Both the position numbers and the translations under genes were made by a program. This document shows positions 17,531 through 25,220 of a stretch of 64,000 nt of DNA, piece by piece. Origin of the DNA: Acidimicrobiaceae bacterium (GTDB lineage: Bacteria > Actinomycetota > Acidimicrobiia > Acidimicrobiales > Aldehydirespiratoraceae); the NCBI GenBank assembly GCA_026706815.1, contig JAPOYA010000017.1, positions 4,101 through 68,100 on the forward strand. The letters are read 5' to 3'. The number at the start of each line of letters is the position of its first letter. Position 1 is the first letter of the stretch. The notes under the pieces were generated by a model, which saw only the letters and a program-made list of their open reading frames with translations, did not search any database and was not told the DNA's origin.

Positions 17531-18208
17531 TCAGCGGGCATTGACGGTTCCCGAGTCGCCTCCATATTCGTGAAGGGTGTCTTGATAGTCGTTGACGTTC
17601 CGGAAACGCCAATATCTACAGCGCGGGTTCTTGTCTGGTTGTTTCAGCGACCGCTTACCCTTACGATTCTCGGCCAGGATCAGCTCGGCGGAGTAGGCGC
17701 GGAGAGGGATCGGATCGGCGTGGAGGAGTTGAGGAAGTTCGACGAGGTCTGGTTCGGGCCAGAGCGGGTCACCGATGTTGATGTCGATGTGGAAGTGGAG
17801 CTTCGCCCGGTCGAGCTGTCCGGTGACCGTTGCGCGGATTCCCGGATAGGAAGCGTCGTCGCGGATCTCCTCCACCTTGGCGATGGCCAGTTGGTTGAGG
17901 CCGTCATCGAGGTTCACGTTCACGATGTCGGCGACGATGCTTGCGATGGCGGCGAGGTCGCCGTCGACGTCGGTTCCGACTAGGTCGATGTCGCGGGTTG
18001 GTCGTCTCTCGGTGTAGGCGGCGAGCAGAACACCTCCTTTGAGGACGAATGTTGCGGCGTGGTCGGTTTCGACGAGGCGGCGGAGGAAGCCTTCGAGCGC
18101 GTAGAACTGGAAGAGTTCGTCGACTGGTCGGCCTGTGGCGCGGGCGACGGCTTGGAGGTCGAGATAGGCAGCGCCCGCGGTTGTGTTTCGGCTCGGTTGG
18201 GGGCTCAT
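17531..18208 (-). CDS. abiEii: AbiEii/AbiGii-family nucleotidyltransferase toxin (type IV TA), possibly C-terminally truncated
   Basis: FVLKGGVLLAAY..RPTRDIDLVG is the nucleotidyltransferase motif, followed by HFHIDINIGDP. It is 225 aa, and the tail after LILAE looks degenerate. ATGA overlap with abiEi. Confidence 0.75.
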   Translation of the reverse strand: MSPQPSRNTTAGAAYLDLQAVARATGRPVDELFQFYALEGFLRRLVETDHAATFVLKGGVLLAAYTERRPTRDIDLVGTDVDGDLAAIASIVADIVNVNLDDGLNQLAIAKVEEIRDDASYPGIRATVTGQLDRAKLHFHIDINIGDPLWPEPDLVELPQLLHADPIPLRAYSAELILAENRKGKRSLKQPDKNPRCRYWRFRNVNDYQDTLHEYGGDSGTVNAR

Positions 18209-18789
18209 TGAAGGGTTTCGATTGCGGCCCGAAGTGCTGGCATGGCGCGCGGAAACGATCTGGCTAGTTCCAGGAGCTCTGAGGGATGGTTGCCGCGTTG
18301 GTTGAGCCAGCGGCGTAGGGCTGTGTGTGCGAGGTCGATGCCGAGCCGATGACGGAGGCGGTAGGTGTCGATGATCGAGCGCGCCGGGCTGTAGATGGCG
18401 ATGGTGATCGTGTCGACGAGGTGAAGGTCGTCGCGTCCGATGTAGAAGGTGTCACGGTCGAACCGATGCCAGGTGACGGGAGCCCGTGTCTTCGGCTGCC
18501 AGTGGTGACGCGGCAAGGCGGCGTCGATTGTGTGGGGGATCTCGTCGGTGAGGCTGTGGTGAGCGAGGGCGGTCGTGAGGCAGAGGGTGGTGCGAGGGTT
18601 GCGCAGAGCTAGCTCGAGAAGGTCTGGGTCGGCACCGTGTCCGGCGCGGGCGTAGATACCGCGCGCAATGCGGTCCAGGTCGCCTTGGGCGGTCAGCTTC
18701 GCGAGGTCGCGGTCCGAGATCCCGAGGTCGCGGGCCTCGGCGCGCGTAAACGCGACCGGAATGGTTGCGGGGGACATGTATGAAATCAT
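18205..18789 (-). CDS. abiEi: AbiEi-family antitoxin / transcriptional regulator
   Basis: 194 aa. FTRAEARDLGISDRDLAKLTAQGDLDRIARGIYA is a winged-HTH N-domain typical of AbiEi. Its stop overlaps the abiEii start. Confidence 0.8.
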   Translation of the reverse strand: MISYMSPATIPVAFTRAEARDLGISDRDLAKLTAQGDLDRIARGIYARAGHGADPDLLELALRNPRTTLCLTTALAHHSLTDEIPHTIDAALPRHHWQPKTRAPVTWHRFDRDTFYIGRDDLHLVDTITIAIYSPARSIIDTYRLRHRLGIDLAHTALRRWLNQRGNHPSELLELARSFPRAMPALRAAIETLQ

Positions 18790-18930
18790 AGCCAGAAGGT
18801 GCCTATGTGGCTATGAATTGATTCGCGATGCGGGCATCGGCCGACCGGAGCCGTCCTGGCCTTCGCGGCCCGCGGCTGCGGCGGCGCGCTCAATGTTGCT
18901 CGGTGCTGCCCCGGAAGTCCTAATAACCTC

Positions 18931-18948
18931 GTGTAAACATGTTTGCAC
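18931..18948. promoter_or_regulatory. Imperfect 18-bp palindrome gtgtaaacatgtttgcac in the divergent abiEi / unknown-ORF intergenic region
   Basis: Read directly. One mismatch between the 9-bp arms. It overlaps the most upstream possible start (TTG 18943) of the unknown ORF. Confidence 0.3.
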
Positions 18949-19452
18949 GGGGATCGACGCGCACTCGAAACTGTCGTGGAGAGAATTACCACGCTTGATT
19001 TGGTGGCGGTTGCATCGACAAACTCAGCTTGTCGCTATGCGTTGGGTAATCCCGACAAACAGTTCGATCCTGTTTGGTCTGCCGTGTTTTTTGATGTGGC
19101 GACCAGCCTCACAGAACTTGCCAAAACCGCAAGAGACTACGACGCTCTTCCTGACGAGCACCTGGCACTTGATGGAACTATTCGTGAACTTGTGGCTGCT
19201 GCAACAACCGACGACCTTGTAGAGACACTCGACTCTTTTGAATTTGGTGACGAACGTCGAGAGTTTTTTGATTCGGTCATCGCTGTGTACGCCAACGTTG
19301 CCGCGACACTGAACAACGAAACAGTGTTGGTTGGTTGCCCGCCGACGCTTTTTCGAACCAAAAACCGCGAATTCCGGCCTGAAACCGGCTGTTTTCGGTT
19401 AACTCGCGAAACCCAAACATCCGAACCCGCAAAACCCCTGGAGTGGAGCTGA
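18943..19452 (+). CDS. Hypothetical acidic protein (up to 169 aa), cargo of the mini-island
   Basis: ORF in the lower-G+C stretch with a protein-like composition (..LTELAKTARDYDALPDEHLALDGTIRELVAAATTDDLVETLDSFEFGDERREFFDSVIAVYANV..). Its 3' end runs through the right repeat and stops inside tRNA-Ala. Start uncertain. Confidence 0.35.
   Translation: MHGDRRALETVVERITTLDLVAVASTNSACRYALGNPDKQFDPVWSAVFFDVATSLTELAKTARDYDALPDEHLALDGTIRELVAAATTDDLVETLDSFEFGDERREFFDSVIAVYANVAATLNNETVLVGCPPTLFRTKNREFRPETGCFRLTRETQTSEPAKPLEWS
19405..19446. repeat. Right copy of the 42-bp direct repeat (putative attR); overlaps the last 3 nt of tRNA-Ala
   Basis: cgcgaaacccaaacatccgaacccgcaaaacccctggagtgg. The single mismatch turns the TAA of copy 1 into CAA. 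Confidence 0.9.
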
Positions 19453-19517
19453 CGGGAATCGAACCCGTGACCTCCTGCTTGCAAAGCAGGCGCTCTAGCC
19501 AACTGAGCTACAGCCCC
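19444..19517 (-). tRNA. tRNA-Ala (anticodon TGC)
   Basis: Reverse complement GGGGCTGTAGCTCAGTTGGCTAGAGCGCCTGCTTTGCAAGCAGGAGGTCACGGGTTCGATTCCCGTCAGCTCCA. G3:U70 pair is present. Anticodon loop is TTTGCAA. CCA is not encoded. Confidence 0.9.
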
Positions 19518-19609
19518 GTGACCGAGAGGATACCGCTTCGGCCCGCCGCCACGGTCCCCGGCTCGCCTTGGGCGTGGCATCGCCACGGCGACGGTGGCAG
19601 GATCAGGCG

Positions 19610-20887
19610 ATGGAATCACGGGCTCTCAAAACCAATTCGATGGACGACTTTGACCTGCGGATGTCGGAGGAGTCCCGCCCCTTCTTCGAGGCAGTCGTCG
19701 AGTTCCTCGAAGCGGTCGTGGACCCGATGCAGGCAGAGTTCTTCGCCGCTGGTGAAGGACGAGCCGACCGTTGGAGCTACACCGAACGCCAGCTTGAACT
19801 GTTGGAGGGCGCCAAGGACCAGGCCAAGGAGAAAGGCCTGTGGAACTTCTTCCTGCCAGACACCGGTCAGGGCCTGTCGAACCTCGACTACGCCTATTTG
19901 GCTGTCGAACTGGGCAAATACCCACTCGGATCGGAGTCGCTCAACTGTTCGGCGCCAGACACCGGCAACATGGAAGTCCTCGAACGAGTGGGCACCCCCG
20001 AACAGAAGCAACAGTGGCTCGAACCGCTCCTGAACGGCGAGATCCGCTCCTGTTTCGGCATGACCGAACCGGGCGTCGCCTCCTCCGACGCCAAGAACGT
20101 GCGCTGCCAAGCCGTGCGAGACGGTGACGAATACGTGATCAACGGCGAGAAGTACTACATCTCCGGCGCCGGAGACCCGCGTTGCAAAATCATGATTCTG
20201 ATGTGCCAGACAAGTCCCGACGGGCCGCCGCATCGACGCCAGTCGCAGATCCTGGTGCCGATGGACGCCCCTGGCCTTGAGATCCTCGGCCCAATGCATG
20301 TCTTCGGTCAAGACGACGCACCCCACGGCCACATGCACCTGCGCCTCACCGATGTGCGAGTGCCCGTCGGCAACATGTTGTGGGGCGAAGGCCGAGGATT
20401 CGAAATCTCACAACTCCGCCTCGGCCCGGGCCGCATCCACCACTGCATGCGGGGCATCGGAGCCGCCGAGAAAGCTCTTGACCTGATGTGCCGCCGCGGA
20501 CTGGCACGTGAGGCATTCGGCAAGCCGCTCGCCCGGCTCGGCGGCAACACCGAGATCATCGCCCGAGCCCGCACCGAGATCGAAGCCATGCGGATGATGG
20601 TGCTGCGGGCCGCGAAAGCCATGGACACCCTCGGCAACGCCGAAGCAAGGGTGTGGATCAGCGCAGTCAAAGCCCTGGTTCCCGAACGAGTCTGCAAGAT
20701 CATCGACCAAGCCATCCAGATGCATGGTGCAACCGGTGTGTCGCAGTGGACGCCTTTGGCCGGGATGTATCAGAGCCAGCGCACGCTGCGCCTCGCCGAC
20801 GGCCCCGACGAGGTTCACTGGATGGTCGTCGGACGCTCCGAACTTGCCAGCTACGAGGGTCTGGAAGTGCCAGCCTCGTCGGCATGA
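19610..20887 (+). CDS. Acyl-CoA dehydrogenase
   Basis: CFGMTEPGVASSDA, YISGAGDPRC, and HGATGVS near the C-terminus. Start is ATG 19610 or 19640; the track ORF start at 19568 is less likely. Confidence 0.85.
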   Translation: MESRALKTNSMDDFDLRMSEESRPFFEAVVEFLEAVVDPMQAEFFAAGEGRADRWSYTERQLELLEGAKDQAKEKGLWNFFLPDTGQGLSNLDYAYLAVELGKYPLGSESLNCSAPDTGNMEVLERVGTPEQKQQWLEPLLNGEIRSCFGMTEPGVASSDAKNVRCQAVRDGDEYVINGEKYYISGAGDPRCKIMILMCQTSPDGPPHRRQSQILVPMDAPGLEILGPMHVFGQDDAPHGHMHLRLTDVRVPVGNMLWGEGRGFEISQLRLGPGRIHHCMRGIGAAEKALDLMCRRGLAREAFGKPLARLGGNTEIIARARTEIEAMRMMVLRAAKAMDTLGNAEARVWISAVKALVPERVCKIIDQAIQMHGATGVSQWTPLAGMYQSQRTLRLADGPDEVHWMVVGRSELASYEGLEVPASSA

Positions 20888-20951
20888 GCCTTGATCCTGG
20901 GTGACTTCGGGGAATGAGCCCGGGAGACCCAAGGGGGGTGAGTTCCCGTGC

Positions 20952-22010
20952 TCAGGGTGCCAGGGGCCGGCCGAAAGGCAGTTCGTCTTGCCAGGTCAGC
21001 AGATACGACTCAGCAGCTTTGCATGCGGCCAAGAACGCTCCATCGGAGTGGAAGGTGAAATCGTTGCTCAGAGAGCCGACAGTCTGTTCGACCGCGGCGA
21101 GAATCTCGGCGTCGGGAAGGTCCGGGTCTCCCCAAAGCGCAAGGGCCGAGCCGGCGAGAGCGACAAAATCGGCTGGTACCGCCACACCGCCGCGCCGCAA
21201 CACCGCAAGCGCCCGGGCAGTCACCGGTATACGACCACACGCAACCACGGCTGCAGCATCAGAGATCTGCGCGGCGATCTCGTGGTTGACCACACCCATC
21301 TTGGAACCCGCGAAGAACACGTCAGCCCCCGAAGCGAACACCTCGACAGGGCCGGCCACATCGCCCAGTTCGTTCACCAGGCCAGGCCCGTGCTCCAACC
21401 AGACATCGGCCAGAGTCTGAGCATCGAACCCGGAACTGGAAGAGACCGATCCGGCGGTTGTGGAGATAGCGCCGACTGTGGCTCCACGCTCGATCACAGC
21501 AGCCGCCAACGCCGGTCCGTTGGCGCCGAAACCCTCGATCGCGACCGACCGGTCCGACAGGTCGCCGACGCTGTGATGCGCACACACCGCGGCTCCCAGG
21601 CCCTCGGCCCGATCAACCAGCGTTGAACCTTCGCCCGAAAGCCGAGTCGTGTCTCGAGGGTCACTGGCACGCAGCGGTTCCAGATCGGCTTCGCTGACGC
21701 CCTTGGCAGCATCGGGCAGATAAGTGCCGTACTCGACCAACTCGGCCGCTTCAGCCACGAATGCGCCGACCGCTTCGCCTCGCTCGGGGACTTCCGCGCT
21801 GATTCCTGCCGACGCCCCACCATGACGCATGTTGAGCACCGCATACATGTAGGTCTGCGACCGCGCCAAGTCTTTGGCCCCGCCTTGGAGCACCCTGCGA
21901 GCCCAACGTACCGGACCCGAAGAAGTCTCTGCCCCAACCAGGTCGATGGCCACGAAGGCATCGGTGGACGTGAACTTGTGGATACGCACGTTCGCAGCGT
22001 ACGCGATCAA
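20952..22010 (-). CDS. Glu/Leu/Phe/Val-dehydrogenase-family protein (short form), possibly non-catalytic
   Basis: Dimerisation-domain-like N-half, and a Rossmann motif VAIEGFGANGPALAAAVIERGATV. The glycine-rich catalytic block reads RHGGASAGI, with no Lys. Confidence 0.65.
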   Translation of the reverse strand: MIAYAANVRIHKFTSTDAFVAIDLVGAETSSGPVRWARRVLQGGAKDLARSQTYMYAVLNMRHGGASAGISAEVPERGEAVGAFVAEAAELVEYGTYLPDAAKGVSEADLEPLRASDPRDTTRLSGEGSTLVDRAEGLGAAVCAHHSVGDLSDRSVAIEGFGANGPALAAAVIERGATVGAISTTAGSVSSSSGFDAQTLADVWLEHGPGLVNELGDVAGPVEVFASGADVFFAGSKMGVVNHEIAAQISDAAAVVACGRIPVTARALAVLRRGGVAVPADFVALAGSALALWGDPDLPDAEILAAVEQTVGSLSNDFTFHSDGAFLAACKAAESYLLTWQDELPFGRPLAP

Positions 22011-22040
22011 CCGCGCTGTGATGAACGCCGGAAGCGACCG

Positions 22041-22235
22041 TCAGTCACTCACCTCGATTGCGAACTCGGGACAGTTGTCGGCCGCGAGCACCGCCTTCTC
22101 TTCAAGCTCGTTGGGAATATCGCCCTCGATGCGCAAGATGGCGTAACCCTCATCATCGGTGTCGAACAGTTCCGGGGCGAGTATGTAGCAGCGATTGTGA
22201 CCTTGACACGCGTCGCTATCCAAGTTGATTCTCAT
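22041..22235 (-). CDS. Small single-cluster ferredoxin (3Fe-4S type)
   Basis: 64 aa with DACQGHNRC...DNCPEFAI, a CxxHxxC...CP pattern. Confidence 0.8.
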   Translation of the reverse strand: MRINLDSDACQGHNRCYILAPELFDTDDEGYAILRIEGDIPNELEEKAVLAADNCPEFAIEVSD

Positions 22236-22249
22236 GCCAGCACCCTAGA

Positions 22250-23827
22250 TCAGCCCTCGGCAATAAGTCTTGTCAGGGTCAACTCGGGTTGGTCCGCCTC
22301 AAGGCGCTGCAGCCAATAGGGACTCTCAAACAGAGCCAGCAGTTCACCGTCGGAACGACTGACAACCGTCACACCGCTCATCTGGCGAAGCTCGGGGGCA
22401 GACGTTTCATCGGTGATGCGTGCCGTGGTCCAAGCGCAGGGGTTCAGCTCGACCGATGCGCCGAACTCGTTTTCGAGCCGATGAATCGCGACCTCGAACT
22501 GCAGCGGACCGACCGCAGCGAGGATCGGCGCCTGATCCCCGACCTCGGGTTCCCGCAGGACTTGAACCACGCCCTCCTCGTCGAGTTGGTTGACGCCTCG
22601 GCGAAACTGCTTGGCCTTGGACGTGTCGAGGGTGCGTGCCACCCGGAAATGGGAAGGAGCGAAAGCCGGCATTTCAGGCCAGCGGACCGGGGAATCAATG
22701 TAGACCGCATCGCCGACCCGGAAATCGTTGGCGTTGACCAGACCGACCACATCACCCGGAAATGCCTCCTCCACAGTCTCGCGGTCCCGGCCGATCACAG
22801 ACTGGGCGTACTTTGTGGCGAACGGCTTGCCGGTCGGACCATGGGTGACGACCATGCCCCGTTCGAACCTTCCCGAACAGACCCGCATGAATGCCATCCG
22901 GTCACGATGGTTGCGATCAGTATTTGCCTGCACCTTGAACACGATCGCGGAGAACGGATCGGCCAGAGCACGGGGCTCACCTGCCTTGTCGTGACGCGGC
23001 GTCGGCGACGGCACCAGATCGACCATGGCGTCGAGCAGCAACCTGACCCCGAAGTTGGTGAGCGCCGACCCGAAGAAGACTGGCGACAACTCCCCTGACT
23101 CGAACAGCTTCGAGTCGAATTCGCGTCCGACCGAATCCAGAAGCTCGACGCCGTCCCGCGCCTCGGTCCAGAGGTCACCCTCTTCTTGGGCCGCCCGGTC
23201 GCTGTCGACAAGTTCTTCCGGAGCTTCCGTAGCGCCCCTGGCAGTGCGGGTGAAACGCAAGAAGTCACCGCTCCGGCAGTCGATCAGCCCCCGGAACCGT
23301 TCGCCGTCCCCGACTGGCCAGGTGATCGGGACCGGTTCGAGGATCAACTGCTCTTCAATCTCATCGAGCAGACCCAAAGGATCACGGCTCGGCCGGTCCC
23401 ACTTGTTGATGAACGTGACGATCGGGACTTCCCGGTCGCGGCAGACCTCGAACAGCTTGCGGGTCTGATTCTCGATGCCCTTGGAGCCGTCCAGCACCAT
23501 GACGGCCGCGTCGGTTGCGGCCAGAACCCGGTATGTGTCTTCGGAGAAATCGCGGTGGCCGGGGGTGTCGAGCAAGTTGAGCACACAGTCTCGATAGCCG
23601 AACTGCAGCACCGTTGAGCTGATGGAGATGCCGCGTTGCTGTTCAAGCTCCATCCAGTCCGAGGTAGTGGACCGGTGCGAGCCCTTGGCCCTGACCGAGC
23701 CAGCGCCGGCTGTCAGAACACCCCCGTACAGGAGGAACTTCTCGGTCAGTGTGGTTTTGCCCGCGTCGGGGTGCGAGATGATGGCGAACGTCCGGCGACG
23801 TTGCGCTTCGGTCTCAAGTTCAGCCAC
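22250..23827 (-). CDS. prfC: Peptide chain release factor 3
   Basis: RRRTFAIISHPDAGKTTLTEKFLLYGG, LLDTPGHRDF, and TFINKWDR as the NKxD-type G4 block; 525 aa. Confidence 0.95.
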   Translation of the reverse strand: MAELETEAQRRRTFAIISHPDAGKTTLTEKFLLYGGVLTAGAGSVRAKGSHRSTTSDWMELEQQRGISISSTVLQFGYRDCVLNLLDTPGHRDFSEDTYRVLAATDAAVMVLDGSKGIENQTRKLFEVCRDREVPIVTFINKWDRPSRDPLGLLDEIEEQLILEPVPITWPVGDGERFRGLIDCRSGDFLRFTRTARGATEAPEELVDSDRAAQEEGDLWTEARDGVELLDSVGREFDSKLFESGELSPVFFGSALTNFGVRLLLDAMVDLVPSPTPRHDKAGEPRALADPFSAIVFKVQANTDRNHRDRMAFMRVCSGRFERGMVVTHGPTGKPFATKYAQSVIGRDRETVEEAFPGDVVGLVNANDFRVGDAVYIDSPVRWPEMPAFAPSHFRVARTLDTSKAKQFRRGVNQLDEEGVVQVLREPEVGDQAPILAAVGPLQFEVAIHRLENEFGASVELNPCAWTTARITDETSAPELRQMSGVTVVSRSDGELLALFESPYWLQRLEADQPELTLTRLIAEG

Positions 23828-23910
23828 CTGTACAGGCTATGAGACTGGGCTTGTCTTGTTGCGGTTGAGGCCTCATAGCCGGTGGGCCCTGTAGTAGGTG
23901 GGTAGAGCGG

Positions 23911-24969
23911 TCAGGCGTCTCGGGCGACCACATAGTCGGCCAGAGCACGAAGGGCCCCATGGCTGCCGTTGATGTCGGGCAGGTCGTCGACGGCCTCCAA
24001 AGAAGTGGTCGACAGTCGCTCGATTTCGGCTTCGGCAGCGGCCACCGCGCCGGTTTCGACCATCACCTCTTGTATCGCGGCGACGTTGTCGTCGCCCATC
24101 TCGGATCCCCTGTCAGCGGACACCGTGGCGAGCACCTCGCGTTGTGAGTCATTGGCTGCCTCACGAGCCAGCGCCAACAGAACGGTCGGTTTGCCCTCGC
24201 GCAGGTCGTCACCGACCGGCTTGCCGGTACGGTCCGGTTCTCCGAATGCTCCGAGCATGTCGTCGCGCAACTGGAAAGCCACTCCGAGCGGCATTCCGTG
24301 GGCGGCCAGCTTCGCAGCTAGGTCGACTCGACCCGCCAACGCGGCTCCGAGTTGAAGGGGACGCACGATGGTGTAACCAGCAGTTTTGTGACGAATGATC
24401 GTGCGGGCGTCAGCCACCGAGACCTCGCCCTGAGCGGTGCCGATCACGTCGAGGTACTGGCCCATGTTGAGTTCAGTGCGCAAACTGTCCCAGACGCGGC
24501 GGACCTCTGCACTGGCGTTCCCCAACGTCCGATCGGCCATGACGATGGCTATGTCTCCGACCAGTACCGCCGCGGCTTCTGCGAAGCGCCTCGCTTCGCC
24601 GTGCCAAGCACCTTCACGGTGGCGCTCGATGAAGCGGGCCCACACGGTCGGCGACGATCGACGTGTGGGAGAACCGTCCATCACATCGTCGTGGATGAGG
24701 GCGAAGGCATGAAGCAGCTCGAGAGCGCACCCGCCCGCGACGGCGCCGTCACCGGACGGATCGCCTCCCGCGGTCACCCAACCCCAATGGCAGTACGCGG
24801 GTCGGATCCGCTTGCCTCCGCCCGCCACGAAATCAGCGAGGTCAGCCAGCGGCACGTCCAACGCGGGGTTGAGTTCAGCCCAAGTTTTGCGTTCCTCGAC
24901 GAACAGGGCCGCCAGTGCCTCATCGACTCTGGTCGCCACCGCCGAGAGCTCCGTCGGTGGAAGCTTCAC
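23911..24969 (-). CDS. Polyprenyl diphosphate synthase (trans-isoprenyl, GGPP/FPP-synthase family)
   Basis: Aspartate-rich motifs LIHDDVMD and QLRDDMLG. Start trimmed to GTG 24969, which overlaps the xseB stop (GTGA). The upstream extension is an Arg-rich artefact. Confidence 0.85.
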   Translation of the reverse strand: MKLPPTELSAVATRVDEALAALFVEERKTWAELNPALDVPLADLADFVAGGGKRIRPAYCHWGWVTAGGDPSGDGAVAGGCALELLHAFALIHDDVMDGSPTRRSSPTVWARFIERHREGAWHGEARRFAEAAAVLVGDIAIVMADRTLGNASAEVRRVWDSLRTELNMGQYLDVIGTAQGEVSVADARTIIRHKTAGYTIVRPLQLGAALAGRVDLAAKLAAHGMPLGVAFQLRDDMLGAFGEPDRTGKPVGDDLREGKPTVLLALAREAANDSQREVLATVSADRGSEMGDDNVAAIQEVMVETGAVAAAEAEIERLSTTSLEAVDDLPDINGSHGALRALADYVVARDA

Positions 24970-25220
24970 GACCCCTCGTCGCCCTCGGCGGAGCCCTGGT
25001 CTTCGCTGTCGAGGTTGGCGACAACTCGTTCGACCTGCACACGGGCCGCGCCGATACGTTCGCGGCACAGGCGGATGAGCGAAGAAGCGCGTTCCACCCG
25101 AGAGGCCAGCATGTCGACGTCCAGGTCGTCGCCTTCAAGATCACGCAGGATCTGTTCGAGCTCCGCCATGGCGTCTGCATAACCAACAGCCTCGTCGGGC
25201 TCGGGTTGATTGTCGTTCAT
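24966..25220 (-). CDS. xseB: Exodeoxyribonuclease VII small subunit
   Basis: 84 aa with YADAMAELEQILRDLEGDDLDVD...LIRLCRERI. Overlaps xseA by 4 nt. Confidence 0.85.
   Translation of the reverse strand: MNDNQPEPDEAVGYADAMAELEQILRDLEGDDLDVDMLASRVERASSLIRLCRERIGAARVQVERVVANLDSEDQGSAEGDEGS

Larger units (their letters stand above)
17353..19404. mobile_element. 2052-bp insert between the direct repeats, carrying abiEii, abiEi and one unknown ORF; no integrase or transposase
   Basis: Bounded by the 42-bp repeats and inserted between a gene end and the tRNA-Ala 3' end. The right-hand part is visibly lower in G+C. Confidence 0.5.

Noticed and set aside
23836-23879. 9-bp inverted repeat GGCTATGAG-N26-CTCATAGCC between the polyprenyl synthase and prfC, as a terminator or attenuator
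   Set aside because: The loop is long (26 nt) and there is no U-tract. It could be a chance or structural element, and I cannot support a call.
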